Of a stretch of 64,000 nt of DNA, positions 37,722-51,729 are shown piece after piece. A program made the translations under genes and the position numbers. How positions within the stretch are numbered: the stretch's first letter is position 1; each line of letters begins with the position of its first letter. The stretch is from Cirrosporium novae-zelandiae (Eukaryota), in contig JAPETS010000006.1 in NCBI GenBank assembly GCA_026023565.1, positions 124,001 through 188,000 of the forward strand, given 5' to 3'. The notes beneath the pieces were generated by a model that was not told the DNA's origin, did not search any database, and saw only the letters and a list, made by a program, of their open reading frames with translations.

Positions 37722-39467
37722 GTTGATAGATTTTCTGATGGTGGGGTAAGTTGTTAGTTCGAGATGATTCCAACAGATGTAAATCGAGAGGAGTTGGAAA
37801 CGAGATGATGCAGAGACAACTCACTTATTGGTGATTTGGATGGAGTTGAATTGAAGGTTGGAAGGGGAATTGAAGACGAGAATGAAGAGAGAAAAAATCA
37901 AGAGCAGAAAACAGTGGGAGGGTCGGGTTAGAAATACTGTTTGTGTTGGGTGATGGAGGGGCATCCAGTGGGTAAGGCAATTTAATGGACACCTATGGCA
38001 CCCACGGTTCCTCTGGTCTTCTTCTAGTAATACTTAGTTCGTACTTTGCTCCTCTCAACATTAGTACCCAGTGTCCCATTAACAATGACACTCAGCACGG
38101 CGTATAGGGATCCATCGAGGGGTTCCATATACGTCGTCATTACTTGACTCCATGCATCCATCAAGAGCCTTATTGATTATACGTCTGGATACCTAGGTAA
38201 TAATGAGAAGCAATGAGAGAGCTATTATTCCAATTGCTGCAACTATTCTATCTTTAAAATTTTCCATTTCTGCATACCCTCTCAAGGCCTTCTACTATGT
38301 CAGAATCGAATGATCTCGCTCCTTGATCCCATTTCAATACCATCCAGTAATATCCAGAACTGCTTGCTGATATTCTTTCTCCCCTCTGACCGTGAACTCA
38401 AACACATCAAATTCCCCGTCCCCCGAAGTATTCCTGTAGTTCTTCCACTCTCTTTACTTTGGTACTCATGGTAGTAGCTCATCTAAAAGGGTCACGTTGG
38501 GAATTTTGACCGGAAGTTTTAGTCCGACTCCTCTTTGTGGCTACAGTTTACTTTATTTTTTTCTTGTCATCCTTAATTCTTTTTTTTTCTTAATTAATTC
38601 TACTCGAGTACTGTAGATACCTTTCGTTGCCCTTCTACTGAGTACCACGCGCGTGCCACGGCACGCTCCAGTACGTCCCAGCAAGTCCCAAACAATCAAT
38701 TGTGCTACCTCCGACCCACCGCTCTTACGCCAGCGATTTCCTTCCCAGTCAGATCAAAGCACCTGATGCATCTTGTGAGACTCAAAAAAAAACAATAGAG
38801 TCCTTTAATGGAGCTCCTGAGCTTTCCAAAGAACAGGCCGTAACTACTTCATACGTCCCACACTAATCTGGGGGAAAACCACCCATCTTCCAGGAACCCA
38901 CCCACGTTCTAACTCCTGTCCTGACTCCCGAAGCCTCACCAATGTAACTCCAAGCGGCTAATTGCCCCTATTCTCGATTAATTTGCAGACAACTGGTGAT
39001 CATATTTATGCTCGGCTTCCCTAATCTTGGTAAAATCTGCTGCCACTTGAATAATATGCTTAGAAATCACGACAAGCTTGCCATGTTATAATCACTGTCT
39101 ATCATCATCAAAATTATGAAATAAGCGCATTCGCGTCTTGTTTTTCTTCTTCTTGGCATTATCTGGATGTTATGAGTCCTTATTTTCAGCTTAATTAGTC
39201 AGATATCACTTGCCCATTCATCAATACCACCTGATAGTGACACAGTTTCACAGCCTACTGACGTACTCGAGTAGAGAAAGATAACGGGCACACAGGGCAC
39301 GCCGTATTCGGTAACCGAAACAAAAATCTTTCTAGTCAGTCAGGATACTTCTTTGAGTCTAAAGTGTATATAGCTATTTCGGTCGTGATTTGAAACCGAA
39401 ATTTTTGTCTGGATGAACCTTCTCTTCAGCGCCAGTAGCAGTTTGACTAATTCCTGTACATCATTGC

Positions 39468-40152
39468 TTATTCCTCCTTCACGCCTCCCCGACCGCTTCG
39501 CTCGGCTGCCTCAATGCTAGCCTTATCAGTCTTGATCTCACCGCCGCCCGCCATTCCCATCATTCCGCCGGCTGCCTTCCAAGGTCTCTTCATATCGCCG
39601 GTTGCTAGTTGTCCAAAGAGATGAATCTTAGCCAGATTGCTTTCGAAGGCCCCCTTGAGTGGGATGATGGATTGGATAAGTAGGGGGTTGGTGTATTTGA
39701 AATACAAGTGCATGACACACATCATGCCAATACCCATAAGTTGAGACTTGCGAAGACTTCGGAGCTGGGATTCGTCATATTTTTGGATTGTTGTGGTGAT
39801 GAGTTTGGGTTCTTCTTGGGAGCCCATTGGTGCTGGTTCCACGTATTTCAGTGTTGCCATATCTTATCGATAAAATTAGCACAACCGCAAGCTTTATATT
39901 CAACGATAAGTCGCATACCTCTCTTCTTAGCAATCTGCATACCAATATATTGGTAGATGGCTAAGATGATAAGATTCGACACCAGGTATAAAATACGAAC
40001 ACCTAGAAGGATATTTGGATCATCAAAGGGAATCTTCTTGGAGATTTGCATCATCCCAATGATGATGATGAGGTTGGTGCTATCGTCAAGTTAGCATCGT
40101 CAAGTTTCATATTACCCCACGCGCGCACTTACATTTGTGGACTTGGAGCCAT
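39468..40152 (-). CDS. PHO88: Pho88/Snd3 ER membrane protein (multi-exon)
   Basis: MAPSPQITNLIII..MMQISKKIPFDDP, TLKYVEP, MHLYFKYTNPLLIQSI, IHLFG and RPWK. Confidence 0.92.
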
Positions 40153-40653
40153 GGTGAATATGTAATATGAAAAAAAAACCTGTCCGAAGTCGTAGAATTA
40201 AGGTAAGGATGAATTAGAAAAAAGATCCAAAGAAAATGCAAGAAGTATTGCCAGTCCTCTTCTCAGATAAAGTCCAAGAATGGTAGAGAGGAAAGTGGAA
40301 GAGCTGTTGGGTTGATAATTGGCCTGGATGAGGAAAAAAGTCGAGATTGGTAGTCGCCATTGTGTTGCCTGCCGGGAAACTTTAAGCGAAGGCCACATAT
40401 TCGCTTCTGGGAGCCGTCCCGGAGATAGATATCTTGAAGATCCGGCCGAACTTTTTTCTTTATCAATTTACAAACTCTCTTTATAATTAAAGAAAGATTC
40501 CAGTTCCCTTTTTAGTTATATATGACTATTATTGATATTCTGATATTTAGATCAAAGGCAACAGGATACGCTACTGACATAAAAATAAAATTAAACCAAT
40601 CAAAAGATAGTTATTATTCCCAATGTGATTATTGGAACCAATCTATCAGAGGA

Positions 40654-40725
40654 TGAGCATGCTGGGGATCGAACCCAGAATCTCTTGATTCGTAGTCAAG
40701 CGCCTTGCCATTGGGCCACACACCC
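40654..40725 (-). tRNA. tRNA-Arg (anticodon ACG), intronless
   Basis: The reverse complement GGGTGTGTGGCCCAATGGCAAGGCGCTTGACTACGAATCAAGAGATTCTGGGTTCGATCCCCAGCATGCTCA folds as a cloverleaf, with anticodon stem CTTGA/TCAAG and T-loop TTCGATC. Confidence 0.95.
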
Positions 40726-41078
40726 TTGTATCTTGAAAAGCTTTCTCTTAAAGAAAACTAAAAGTATAAGCCCAAAATCTTTCAGAGAAGTAGGTTGGTG
40801 GGGTTAGCTCTCTAGAAGTGGGGAAATTCCGTCGTCCCGTCAGAACATATATTCGACTCGAAAAGAGTAACTACTGTAATCCAAGTACAGTAAATAGTAT
40901 TCGAATAGTATAGTAGGGAAGGTCCTTGGAAAAGAAAATGATATTTGGATCCCACGATTTCCTGTATGAGACCCCCGTTGCACTTTTGGCCACAGCAGCC
41001 TCCTGTAGGAAACGAAGTTAATCTCTGTAATATTTGTCTCTCTTGCTTCTGGAGTCTAGCAAAAAGCTCCAGAACATC

Positions 41079-41624
41079 ATGACTTGGATTTCGAAGGCCT
41101 TGACCTTCTTTGGGAGCTTACTGCTCGCCCATGCGTATGGTATCTGCTCCCATATTTTTCTAAATATCCGCTAATTTTCATTTTTCAGCTGCTATTCTGC
41201 CCACGAGTTTTCCTCTCTGTCAGCAAGCCGATTCAGCCAAAGTTCAAGATCACCCCAATCTCTGCCTCTTGATATAACAGCAGAAACATTAGTTTCTGCC
41301 TTCATAATATGTTTAGGGTTGGTGTTGGGGGCTGAGAAACTAAAACCAATCAGCTGGAGGGTTTGGGCTGGAAACATCGAGCGAGAGGCACGGGAAGGGA
41401 AACAAGACGAAAACACGAAATTAGATGGCAGAGGTGGTAATCCTTTTGCTGGACTTGAACACAGACTAGGATTTGTAGATATCAGGGTATGTTCTACTAC
41501 TCACATATTGGAATTATACTACTATTTAAGGAGCCGTCGTTATATCACTAACTCTATTCTGCAGGCCCAAAGGAAGGAGTTTGCGAACTGGGTTAGAGAG
41601 ACTGGCGGTGTAGCTAAGAACTGA
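41079..41624 (+). CDS. EMC5: ER membrane complex subunit 5 / MMgT-like (2 introns)
   Basis: LLLAHACYSAHE, LPLDITAETL, LKPISWRVWAG, LEHRLGFVDIR and RKEFANW. Confidence 0.85.
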
Positions 41625-42215
41625 GCATGTGGGATTCAAGATGCTGTCCATAGACTGCAATCCCTCAGAGATATTTTTTTGCTCCTTAAACAAATCCACA
41701 TGTCTCAAATTATCACCAGCTACTAGACTATCATGAAGATAGTATCGATACAGAATCATATGAAATTATGTGGAGATTCTCATTTATGCAGTTGGAAATC
41801 GCTGGCTTGCCTCTACAAAGAAATGTTCTTGACACGTCCAGGCATCATTAGCCATAAATTCCAGGAGAAGATACTAACAGAGTGTACAATCTAAACCCTC
41901 TTTCACCATCCTAACTTCAATACGGGGCTATACACTCTTGATGGATATTTAAAAAGGCCTCTATAATGCTAGTGGGTAGCAGAAAAGACTTTCTGGACGC
42001 GGTTTGCGACTTTTTTCTACCATAACAATATCAATTCCATTTTATTTTCTTTCCCTTTCCTTAGGGCGATAACATCTTCTGTTGGGTCTAATCCACCAAC
42101 ATGGTTCATCGTAACAAATCCCTTCGCCCCCGCAAGCCTTACACTTTCGGCGATAATTGAGAGTACCGAGTTGCAATTTCTTTATTACCTTCTATATATA
42201 CCTTGAGAAATCACC

Positions 42216-45200
42216 ATGTCCTCGAGATTTGGCGTTCCTAGATCCTCTTGGAATCGGAAAAGGAATGGATCGATTGCTTCGCCTTCAACAAACCAGCGTT
42301 CTTCAAGATCATCGTCGAGATCTAGAGTGAATCCCCCTTTCACTTCTCGTCGACGTGTCCACTTCAATGCTAGATCAAATTTGTCCCGAGACTCACCAGT
42401 TACTATCGATGAACAGCTCTCTACCAACCAATCCCAAACTAATACTAGTTCCGAAGACCAGGCCGAGACTGAGCGGAGGGAAAACAACGATGCATTATAT
42501 GAGGTGGTTATGGCTGTTGACTTAAGAGAACGAGGAACAGTCGGATGCTCCTATTACGTAGCACGGGAGGAACGGCTATATTTCATGGAGGATGTGAAGC
42601 TTGGAGGGCTTGATGTGATCGACATATGTAACGAGTACCTATGATGAGCATATACATAACTAACATCGTAGCAGTGAAGGTGCAGATTGAGCCTACGGTT
42701 ATTCTTCTCTCAACCAGAGTTGACGAAAGTGTCGTTATTCGATTTGAATCAGGTGATAGCAGGGAAGGGTCAAATTCTATTAATGGTATTTATCATGAAC
42801 TCTCAGAGACCATCTTAGATTGCTGATGACTTATAGGCGAACAATTCAGGCTACCCTATGTGCTTGAAACACGGCCATCTCCAGAGTTTGGTTATGAATC
42901 TGGGAAGAACAAATTACTGAATACCATTATTGACTATGAGGACAGCTCTGACCTGATATTCAAGACACCAGGCGATGCAATCTCTGATCCTAATCCTAGG
43001 GATGGTTTTAATGATGGTTTTACTAGTCAACAAGGAAAACTACTACGACTATCAAGTCTTATCGATCTCGAGAGCAGAATCTCGATTGGATCTGCTGGGG
43101 CCGTTCTGAGCTACCTCCAGCGAAGAAAAGCAGTGGAGTTCCTCTCAGGAGATGTCGCTGCTCATGATGCGTTCCGAGTCACTAGCATCGAAATGTTTAG
43201 TGTCTTCGAGTCTATGTAACTAATTATTCACTAAAGAATACCTGCATTTGACTAGGCTGACCCCTTTCAGGTTTATCAATGCTGATACTCTCGCCTCTCT
43301 ACAGATACTGCAGTCCGAATCTCATCCTCATACAATTAATCAAGGGTCAACCAGGTCTTCCTCTGGCTCGAAGGAGAGTCTGTCACTGTACGGTCTATTC
43401 CATCATCACGCCCATACGCCGCAAGGGAAACACCGTCTACGCCAAATATTTCTTCGCCCATCAGTGGATCTCGATATTATCGATGAAAGGCTGAATACAA
43501 TCACTATTCTTCTCAGGCCTGAAAACTCCGTTGCTCTAGATGACTTAATCAAAAGCTTGAAGCACATCAAGAACATTCGAACTGTATTAATACACCTTAG
43601 GAAGGGCCTAAGCGTTGGAAATACCAACCATGGGGCGATTAGAAGTGGAGTATGGGCCACCCTACGATCATTTGCATTCTATGGGTTGAGGATTCTTGAC
43701 GCGTTCCGAGAAACTATGGGAGCAGAAAATCTCGCTATTCGAGGGAAGATTTTTGATGCCATCGATGGCCCTCGTTTTGCACAGGTTGGAAGAATGATCA
43801 GTTTAGTGGTCGATTTTCCGGCTTCCGAACAGCAGCTGAGAACGGTTGTGAAGCATGGGATTGATGATGATCTAGATACTATCAAACGAACATACGATGG
43901 CATGGATTCAATTCTCACCGAGACTGCTGCTAAGGTCAGTGAAGTGTTTCCACCTCATCTTGCTGGCGTTAAAACCAGTGTTATATTTTTCCCTCAAATA
44001 GGATTTCTCATCGCAATGCCCATCGACGAGGAGACGGGAGACAGTGTTTATGAAGGTGAACCTGGCGGTGATGCCTGGGAACGCATGTTCAGCACAGAAG
44101 CAAATGTCTACTACAAAGACCACCGCATGAGAGAGCTAGATGCCTTTTTCGGAGACCTCTATGCAATCATTTGTGATAAAGAGATTGAGATGGTGCATAA
44201 TCTTGCTCAAAAAGTTCTGGAATTTGAGGAACTTCTCGCGATGGCATCAGACACCTGTGGGGAACTAGATAGTCTCGTTGCTCTTGCTCGAGGGGCATAT
44301 ACCCAAAAATATACGAAGCCCAGAGTTACTCGGAGTAACATCATTAACATTAAAGGCGGCAGGCATCCTTTACAGGAACTCACAGTCCCGTCTTATGTAG
44401 CGAATGACACCTACCTCGTTGGCGGCGAAGACAACACCTTACCCGAACAACAAGCAGAATCAAACCAAGCCTCACCTTCCACAACCCCACAACACCCTGA
44501 CCTAGATACAGAAGACGGGCCCAGTATGCTCATTCTAACCGGCCCTAACTATTCTGGCAAGAGTGTCTACCTTAAGCAAGTCGCCCTTATCGTCTACCTC
44601 GCCCATATCGGGAGTTTCGTTCCCGCAGACAAAGCCACCATCGGCCTAACCGACAAAATACTAACCCGTGTCGCTACTACTGAGACCGTCTCTAAGATGC
44701 AAAGCACCTTCATGATTGACCTCCAGCAGATAGGTCTCTGCCTCACCCAGGCAACACCCCGAAGCCTCGTTATCATCGATGAATTCGGAAAAGGTACCGA
44801 CTTCACCGACGGTGCCGGTCTTGCTTGCGGAGTCTTCGAAAACCTCCTGAAGCGTGGGATGCAAAGGCCAAAGGTCCTCGGCGCAACACACTTCCACGAG
44901 ATCTTCGAGAATGGATTTTTGCAACCCCGTTCTGAACTGGGATTGGGACATATGGAAGTACGCATTGATTCCACGGCAAGGGAAATCGAAGAGCAGATCA
45001 CATACCTATACAACTACTGCCCCGGGCGTAGCACAAGCAGCTTCGGGACTCTTTGCGCAGCCATGAATGGCATCGACCCAACAATTGTACATCGTGCAAA
45101 TGAGCTGATCCTTCTAGAAGCAAGGGGCGAAGATCTGATAGCCACATGCGCGAAAATATCCAAGGCGGAAACTGACGAACTTGAAGATGCGGTGAATTTC

Positions 45201-45388
45201 CTCCTCCTACTATCACTTAACCTTGAGAGGAATTCTGGACCTAATCATGAGGACTGATACGCTAATGGAGTAAATAGGAATGCATTGCGAGATCTTTTCT
45301 CGAGAACAAACTTTCGGAATGGGATGATGCTAATGATCCGAGGAGGATACTGGACGAATTGATGAGTTTAGAGGGATGTTCAAGTTAA
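42216..45388 (+). CDS. MSH5: MutS homolog 5 (meiotic crossover protein), multi-exon
   Basis: FINADTLASLQI, KESLSLYGLF, Walker A TGPNYSGKSVYLKQ, STFMIDL, Walker B IIDEFGKGT and ATHFHE. There is no mismatch-binding domain, and the last exon ends at TAA 45388. Confidence 0.92.
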
Positions 45389-46638
45389 TAGAATGAGAAT
45401 TAGATTCTCTCTCTCTGCAGTGGACTTCTATCACGAAGCTTGCTGGGAATTGCATCATGATGTAAAATATTCTTGGAACATATATGGGTCCTGCATGACT
45501 CGTAAGCTATTCGATATTGGCCCAATAAATATGCTTTAGTAAATGAACGAGCATTATCAAATCTAGCTTTCATGATTCACTCGTTGGCCTCCCATTCTCT
45601 CTTTCTATTATTTTTTCTTTTTTCTTCTCCCTTTCCCTTCGTTCTTTATATATATATACCTAGGTACTTAAACTGGTATTATATACCCATTACCTTCACA
45701 GCCCAATATAAAAAACCAACCGTCGTATCTCCAACTAGAATCCGCCTACTCCAACACACACACCCCTAACTCCATTTCAATTGAAAAGGCAAACCATATT
45801 TTCCAATCTAAACATATATCTTAAAGTTCTTATTATTGATTATATACATAAAAGTTAGGTAACAGATTTGCAAAAAAAAATCCTCGCCTTTTAATAACGT
45901 GCCCCCGCTCACAAGCCCCCCTTTTCTATACTTTTAAGGTGGATCTTTTTTATATATATAGAATAACACGAGAGCCTTAATTTCGAAAGTATTCACCAAT
46001 ACCAAGGAAAAAAAATCATAGATTACTTTCTCGATGTTCAAAATGGCACTTCAAAGAATATGTTTTATAGGGATAGCTCTACATTCTTTTACATCGAATA
46101 CTACTACCACACATACCATAGAAACGACGAACAAGAAACCGAAGCTGTTCTTTGAAGGTATATATTTTTATTTTCTTTGATATAACGATACTAATGGTTC
46201 GTCAGAACTAGCAATAAGCAATGCCAAAGACAAAAACCTAAGTTTGATTTCCATCAGAAGCTAGTTTTAATCAAAGCCTAATGTTTCTCGGAGACAGCCC
46301 TTAGCATCACTTGATAAATGTTTCTGCTATGAAAGTCTCTTGATGTGTCAGGTTAGCTACGTGTAGCGAGGTAATACTATAGCTACAAGAGGACAACATC
46401 AAGATGTTAATGTGGAGCGAAGTTTACTTGAATGTTGGGAACAGGTAGCTGGAGGGAATGAAAGTCTTTCATATCACATAGGTCTATCATCACCATCACT
46501 ATGCTTTCCCATCATATCATCATTGCAATCCGCATAAACCATCTGCTCCCGCACTGGAACGCAAGCAGGTTCATATTCATCAAGCGGAAATTGACTAAGT
46601 CATGAATTCTTTTTTTTTGTGTTGTGGTATTACCCGGC

Positions 46639-47646
46639 CTATAGCTTTTGCATCGCAGCCTAGTTTACTCATGTTAGTGTATATATTGTAGGTAAGCAAT
46701 GGATGACTTACAATATCAGTGGATTGGACATGATCCTCATCCTCTTCGATCTTCCCCTGAAGGTCCTCAAGGGAGACCTTCTCGTCTTCAACGACCAAGT
46801 TGATCTGAAGCTTCTTGATGCCAAATCCAACAGCAACAAGTGTAGAGGCACCCCAAACAAGACCATCCTGTTCAATGCCACGGACGTTCTCTTCCAGTTC
46901 TTTCATAGATGTTTCATCGTCTTGAAGCGGATCAGCAAAGCTACAAAAGCTTCAAAGTAAAAAAACGGTTTGCATACCCCAAGGCTTAACGTCCATTGTA
47001 ACAATAGATTTGGCAGCGGGCTTAACCTTTCCTTCCTTCTTCTTTTTGTATTCTGCCAATCGTTCTTCCCGTATTCTGACGGCCTCGGAATCTTCTTCTT
47101 CGTCATCGCTACCGAAAAGATCGACTTCCTCTTCTTCCTCCTCTGGGGCATCTTTGGGGTTCACTGGGATCTCAGATTGCTCCGGACCATAGGTGCTGTA
47201 AGCTTTGGAAGGATCACCGGGAAGGGAAGAGAAATCCGATTCGTAACTGGCAATGTGCTTGTACCAGCGAGCGGCATGGGGGTATTTAGAGGCATCTGGG
47301 GAACTACTGATAGCCTTGAAACTGACAACATCTGCCTGGGAAGGACCGAAGCTGAAATCCTATTAATAACCATTGATCAAAAGTATCATGTGAAAAAGAT
47401 AAGAGTAAAGATAAAGAGATCAGAGGTGCGCTGAGCGCAATTGGAGTAGTCACACGGCGGGGTCTTAAGCCGCCTCTTAAACACGGACCAATATGTTTTC
47501 ATCATAAAAGGTAAAGGAAATGAGGAAGAATCAGACGATGTACAAAATATAAAGCAACATACATACCCAACAATGTAACTTCTGGTCTTTGCCCAGTTGT
47601 CCAGCATTGTAAGACCGGCATCGGACACAAGGTCAGCGAAACCCAT
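46639..47646 (-). CDS. EFB1: Translation elongation factor 1-beta (3 introns)
   Basis: [58 protein letters not shown] and AAMQKL. Confidence 0.96.
47420..47505 (-). ncRNA. snR18: Box C/D snoRNA U18/snR18 in intron 1 of EF-1beta
   Basis: The minus strand has box C ATGATGA (47505-47499), guide TTGGTCCGTGTTT complementary to LSU rRNA AAACACGGACCAA, and box D CTGA (47423-47420). Yeast snR18 is also hosted by the EFB1 intron. Confidence 0.88.
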
Positions 47647-48098
47647 GATGATTATCGTAGAGTAGAAGAAGATTTATTCGTATGTAGAGAAAATGTATGA
47701 GGGGTGATTTTTGTTGATGTTGTAGTGGAACAGATTTCTTCGAGGTCACAAATTTGAATGGGGCCCAATTTTGGTGTTAGTCATTCATTAGTGCACTATA
47801 GTGACGGGCGGAATTTACCGCAACCGAGCCCGACCTGCCGAACATTAACTTTACAAGACCCCTCCACCACCAAGGTACCTTAAGGTATTTACAAAAAATT
47901 CATTTTTGTTACCAGCCTCATTTTAATTGAGGGCTCCAGAGTACTAGTGGCTCATGATAATACTATGTAAATTTATTTACTAACACCTTGTAGCAAGGGC
48001 TTTGCACCACCCAACTATTTTTACCATATTTATTGTGTATCGTTCTATCAACTACCGACACTAAACTAAAGATGGAAGAATGACCTTGGCTCTATTTA

Positions 48099-48162
48099 GA
48101 AAGTATTCCGGCAGCTTCCACAGAAATCTGGAAGTCGAGAATGCCATAGAACGCTTCTCGAG
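48099..48162. promoter_or_regulatory. Possible heat-shock element cluster upstream of HSP78
   Basis: Dense GAA/TTC triplets lie 80-140 bp upstream of the HSP78 ATG, but their spacing is not a perfect nGAAnnTTCn array. Confidence 0.3.
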
Positions 48163-48240
48163 TACATAATGAAAATATGTTTCCTACCTTCTCCCGATAG
48201 TTAGAATATACACACTTTGTTCTTATGATTCACTTTCAAA

Positions 48241-50628
48241 ATGATTTCTCCTCAAATGCGCCTTGCTTCGAAACGTTTAGCAGCTAGAAATATACGAATC
48301 GTCTCCAATTCTGCATCCCGAACCTCCCTTTCTAGTCAAATTGCGCGGGCATCTCTCATACGGCTACAATGTATTGGATCCCAATCGGTATCTTTTACGT
48401 CAATTCGAACATATGCAAATGGGCGCCCGCATCCTCCAGGAGGGACACACCGGATGAACTTAGGAGGGGAACCCGAGAAGTCAGCACTTGAACAATATGG
48501 TGTCGATCTTACAGCAAAAGCAACAGAAGGCAAACTAGATCCAGTGATAGGAAGGGATGCGGAAATTCATCGGACGATACAAATATTGTCGCGGAGGACA
48601 AAGAACAATCCCGTCTTGATAGGAGCAGCAGGCACAGGGAAAACCGCTATTCTAGAAGGTCTAGCGCAAAGGATAGTGCGAGGTGATGTGCCAGAGAGCA
48701 TCAAGAACAAACGTGTCATCTCCCTTGATCTGGGACAATTGATTGCTGGCGCTAAATTCAGAGGAGACTTTGAAGAGCGGTTGAAATCTGTTTTAAAGGA
48801 AGTCACTGATGCTGAAGGCGGCGTCATTCTATTCGTGGATGAGCTACATACTTTGTTGGGTCTAGGAAAAGCAGAAGGAAGCATTGATGCTAGCAACCTT
48901 CTAAAACCTGCCTTATCTCGCGGTGACCTTCAATGCTGTGGTGCTACCACCTTGAATGAGTACCGCCAGATTGAAAAGGACGTCGCACTTGCCAGGAGGT
49001 TCCAGCCAATTCTTGTAGGAGAGCCGACAGTTCAAGATACCATTTCGATCCTTCGTGGAATAAAAGATAGGTACGAGGTCCACCATGGTGTCCGAATAAC
49101 AGACGGAGCACTTGTCGCGGCAGCGTCCTACAGCAACCGATATATTACCGATCGATTCTTGCCCGATAAAGCCATCGATCTAGTTGATGAAGCCTCCTCT
49201 GCATTGAGACTTCAGCAGGAATCCAAGCCAGATGCCATACAGGAACTAGATCGACAAATCATGACTATACAGATCGAGCTAGAATCACTTCGTAAGGAGA
49301 CCGATATTGCTAGCAAAGAGAGGAGAGAAGCTTTGGAGAAAAATCTGAAGGGTAAACAAGAGGAAGTTGCAAAATTAACCGCTATCTGGGAAAAGGAGAA
49401 GGCTGAGTTAGATTCTATCAAAAAGGCTAAAGGAGAACTCGAACAAGCTAGGATTCAACTAGAGCAGGCTCAGCGGGAAGGAAATTTTGCCAAAGCAGGT
49501 GAACTCCAATATGCGACCATCCCCCGGTTACAAAAGCAGCTACCCCAAGACGATGCCAAGATTCCGCTTGGAAAGAGTGGAACTTTGATTCATGATGCCG
49601 TTACTGCTGATGATATTGCGAATGTGGTATCAAAAACAACAGGCATACCAGTCACTAAACTTATGTCTGGCGAAGTCGAGAAACTTGTGCATATGGAAGA
49701 CACCTTGAGACAATCAGTCAAAGGACAAGACGAAGCTCTTACTGCAGTCGCTAATGCTGTTCGAATGCAACGAGCGGGGCTTAGTGGAGAAAATCGACCA
49801 ATAGCTTCCTTCATGTTCCTCGGGCCAACAGGTGTTGGAAAGACGGAGCTCTGCAAGAAGATGGCTGAATTTCTCTTTTCAACTCAAACGGCAATGGTCC
49901 GGTTTGATATGAGCGAGTTCCAAGAGAAACACACCATCAGCCGCTTGATTGGCTCGCCTGCTGGTTATGTTGGGTATGATGATGCTGGCCAGTTGACAGA
50001 AGCTGTCAGACGGAAACCCTATGCAGTACTATTGCTTGATGAATTTGAGAAAGCGCATAGAGATATTTCGTCGTTACTCCTTCAAGTGCTTGACGATGGA
50101 TTTCTTACGGATGCTCAAGGGCACAAGGTTGACTTCCGGAACACTATAATAGTTCTAACATCTAACCTTGGAGCAGAAATTTTGGTTGGGGAGGATCCTA
50201 TACACTCTCACAAAGGAAAGAAGGATAGCAACGAGATTACGCCAGATATGAAGAAGGCCGTGATGGACGTTGTCAACCACTCCTATCCTCCCGAATTCCT
50301 AAACAGGATTGATGAATTCATCATTTTTAGGAGGCTTTCCAAGGATGCGCTGCGGGAAATTGTCGATATCAGATTGCGCGAACTTCAGAGCAGACTTGAT
50401 GATCGGCGAATAACCCTTAAAGTTGACGATGAGGTAAAGGTTTGGCTCTGCGAACATGGATATGATCCACGCTTTGGTGCTCGGCCTCTCAATCGTCTAA
50501 TCTCCAAGAAAGTTGGGAATACTCTTGCAGATCAAATTATTCGGGGAGAAATCCGTAGTGGAAACGCAGCCCATGTTATGTTAAACTCTGACAAGAGTGG
50601 CATCACACTTACGCCAGAGGAATCATGA
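48241..50628 (+). CDS. HSP78: Mitochondrial ClpB/Hsp100 disaggregase
   Basis: Arg/Ser-rich mitochondrial presequence and no Clp N-domain. Two AAA+ modules ([16 protein letters not shown]) flank a coiled-coil middle domain, with GARPL near the end. Confidence 0.96.
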   Translation: MISPQMRLASKRLAARNIRIVSNSASRTSLSSQIARASLIRLQCIGSQSVSFTSIRTYANGRPHPPGGTHRMNLGGEPEKSALEQYGVDLTAKATEGKLDPVIGRDAEIHRTIQILSRRTKNNPVLIGAAGTGKTAILEGLAQRIVRGDVPESIKNKRVISLDLGQLIAGAKFRGDFEERLKSVLKEVTDAEGGVILFVDELHTLLGLGKAEGSIDASNLLKPALSRGDLQCCGATTLNEYRQIEKDVALARRFQPILVGEPTVQDTISILRGIKDRYEVHHGVRITDGALVAAASYSNRYITDRFLPDKAIDLVDEASSALRLQQESKPDAIQELDRQIMTIQIELESLRKETDIASKERREALEKNLKGKQEEVAKLTAIWEKEKAELDSIKKAKGELEQARIQLEQAQREGNFAKAGELQYATIPRLQKQLPQDDAKIPLGKSGTLIHDAVTADDIANVVSKTTGIPVTKLMSGEVEKLVHMEDTLRQSVKGQDEALTAVANAVRMQRAGLSGENRPIASFMFLGPTGVGKTELCKKMAEFLFSTQTAMVRFDMSEFQEKHTISRLIGSPAGYVGYDDAGQLTEAVRRKPYAVLLLDEFEKAHRDISSLLLQVLDDGFLTDAQGHKVDFRNTIIVLTSNLGAEILVGEDPIHSHKGKKDSNEITPDMKKAVMDVVNHSYPPEFLNRIDEFIIFRRLSKDALREIVDIRLRELQSRLDDRRITLKVDDEVKVWLCEHGYDPRFGARPLNRLISKKVGNTLADQIIRGEIRSGNAAHVMLNSDKSGITLTPEES

Positions 50629-51729
50629 ATAATGAAGTATATGGGCACATAAAAGGTTGTATAATATCAAAAGGTTAACGCAGCACTGTTCCTTGCTTGA
50701 TGAATGGAAGACCGCTGGTATAATGGCCGTCGCTTGGTGTTTGGAAAACTTTAGATGAATTTTTTTACTAGGAAATTACGACTGACTATGCCACTCCTGT
50801 ACAATAAAAAATAAATATGTATCAAAAGAATGAAACCATTATTAAGAAATAACATTTCTCTATTATTAGAGCCTTAGAATTTTTATATGATAATTACATA
50901 ATTACTACCACACAAAAGTTATAGAACTGCAGTAAATTCAATCCAATCTTAAGTTTCTCCTTTTAATTGGTCCAAGGTACTTCTGGAAAAATATCGAGTA
51001 TAATTAGTGAAAAGTAAACTGTCTTATCCTCCAGATCTCTCATCTACGTCTATTCATCTATCTCTTGGTGGTATAGTTGATTATCAAGCACCAGTAGAAA
51101 AATCGCTTCCGGCACCTCGAAAAGGAGGACTCGTCATATCCTAAATATTCCCTAGAAAAGCAGGTCCTTCCCCTTGCTGTCGCTGTCAACATCCTCCTTC
51201 AGGCCGCTATACAAGCCATGGCTCATTCACTAGCCAACCTCTATCTGGCTTCTTGATTCTATAGTGATTTAGTGCTGAAAATTAATAATTAGCATTATAT
51301 CTCTCTCTCGGAGGGCAACACCGAAGGTGACGTGGGGAGGTCTTCTACTCTATCGGCCTAACGTACCGTCATCTCTCCATCAATGAAACCACCAACATCA
51401 CAACAATTGTAATATTGTCTATAGCAGCCACGAATATAGACAGCAGTTTCTTCCAAGGGTGCTATAACGGAAAGCATATCCGGGGTCCTACAGGTAACAG
51501 GTTACGTTAGGTTGACCCACATGGTACGCCCTTTCGTTGACGAGCAGTGGACGCCTTTTCTGGAATGATATTTTCGGGGATTTAAAATTTTATAAAAAGC
51601 TTTATCCATACAGTTCTCATATTTTTCAGTTAATTCTTCAAATACTCAGTTACAAACTAACTATATAAGTTTGCAAATATCAACACTTAGAAATATTCGA
51701 ACGAAATTATATTTGTTCCCTCTGCCACC

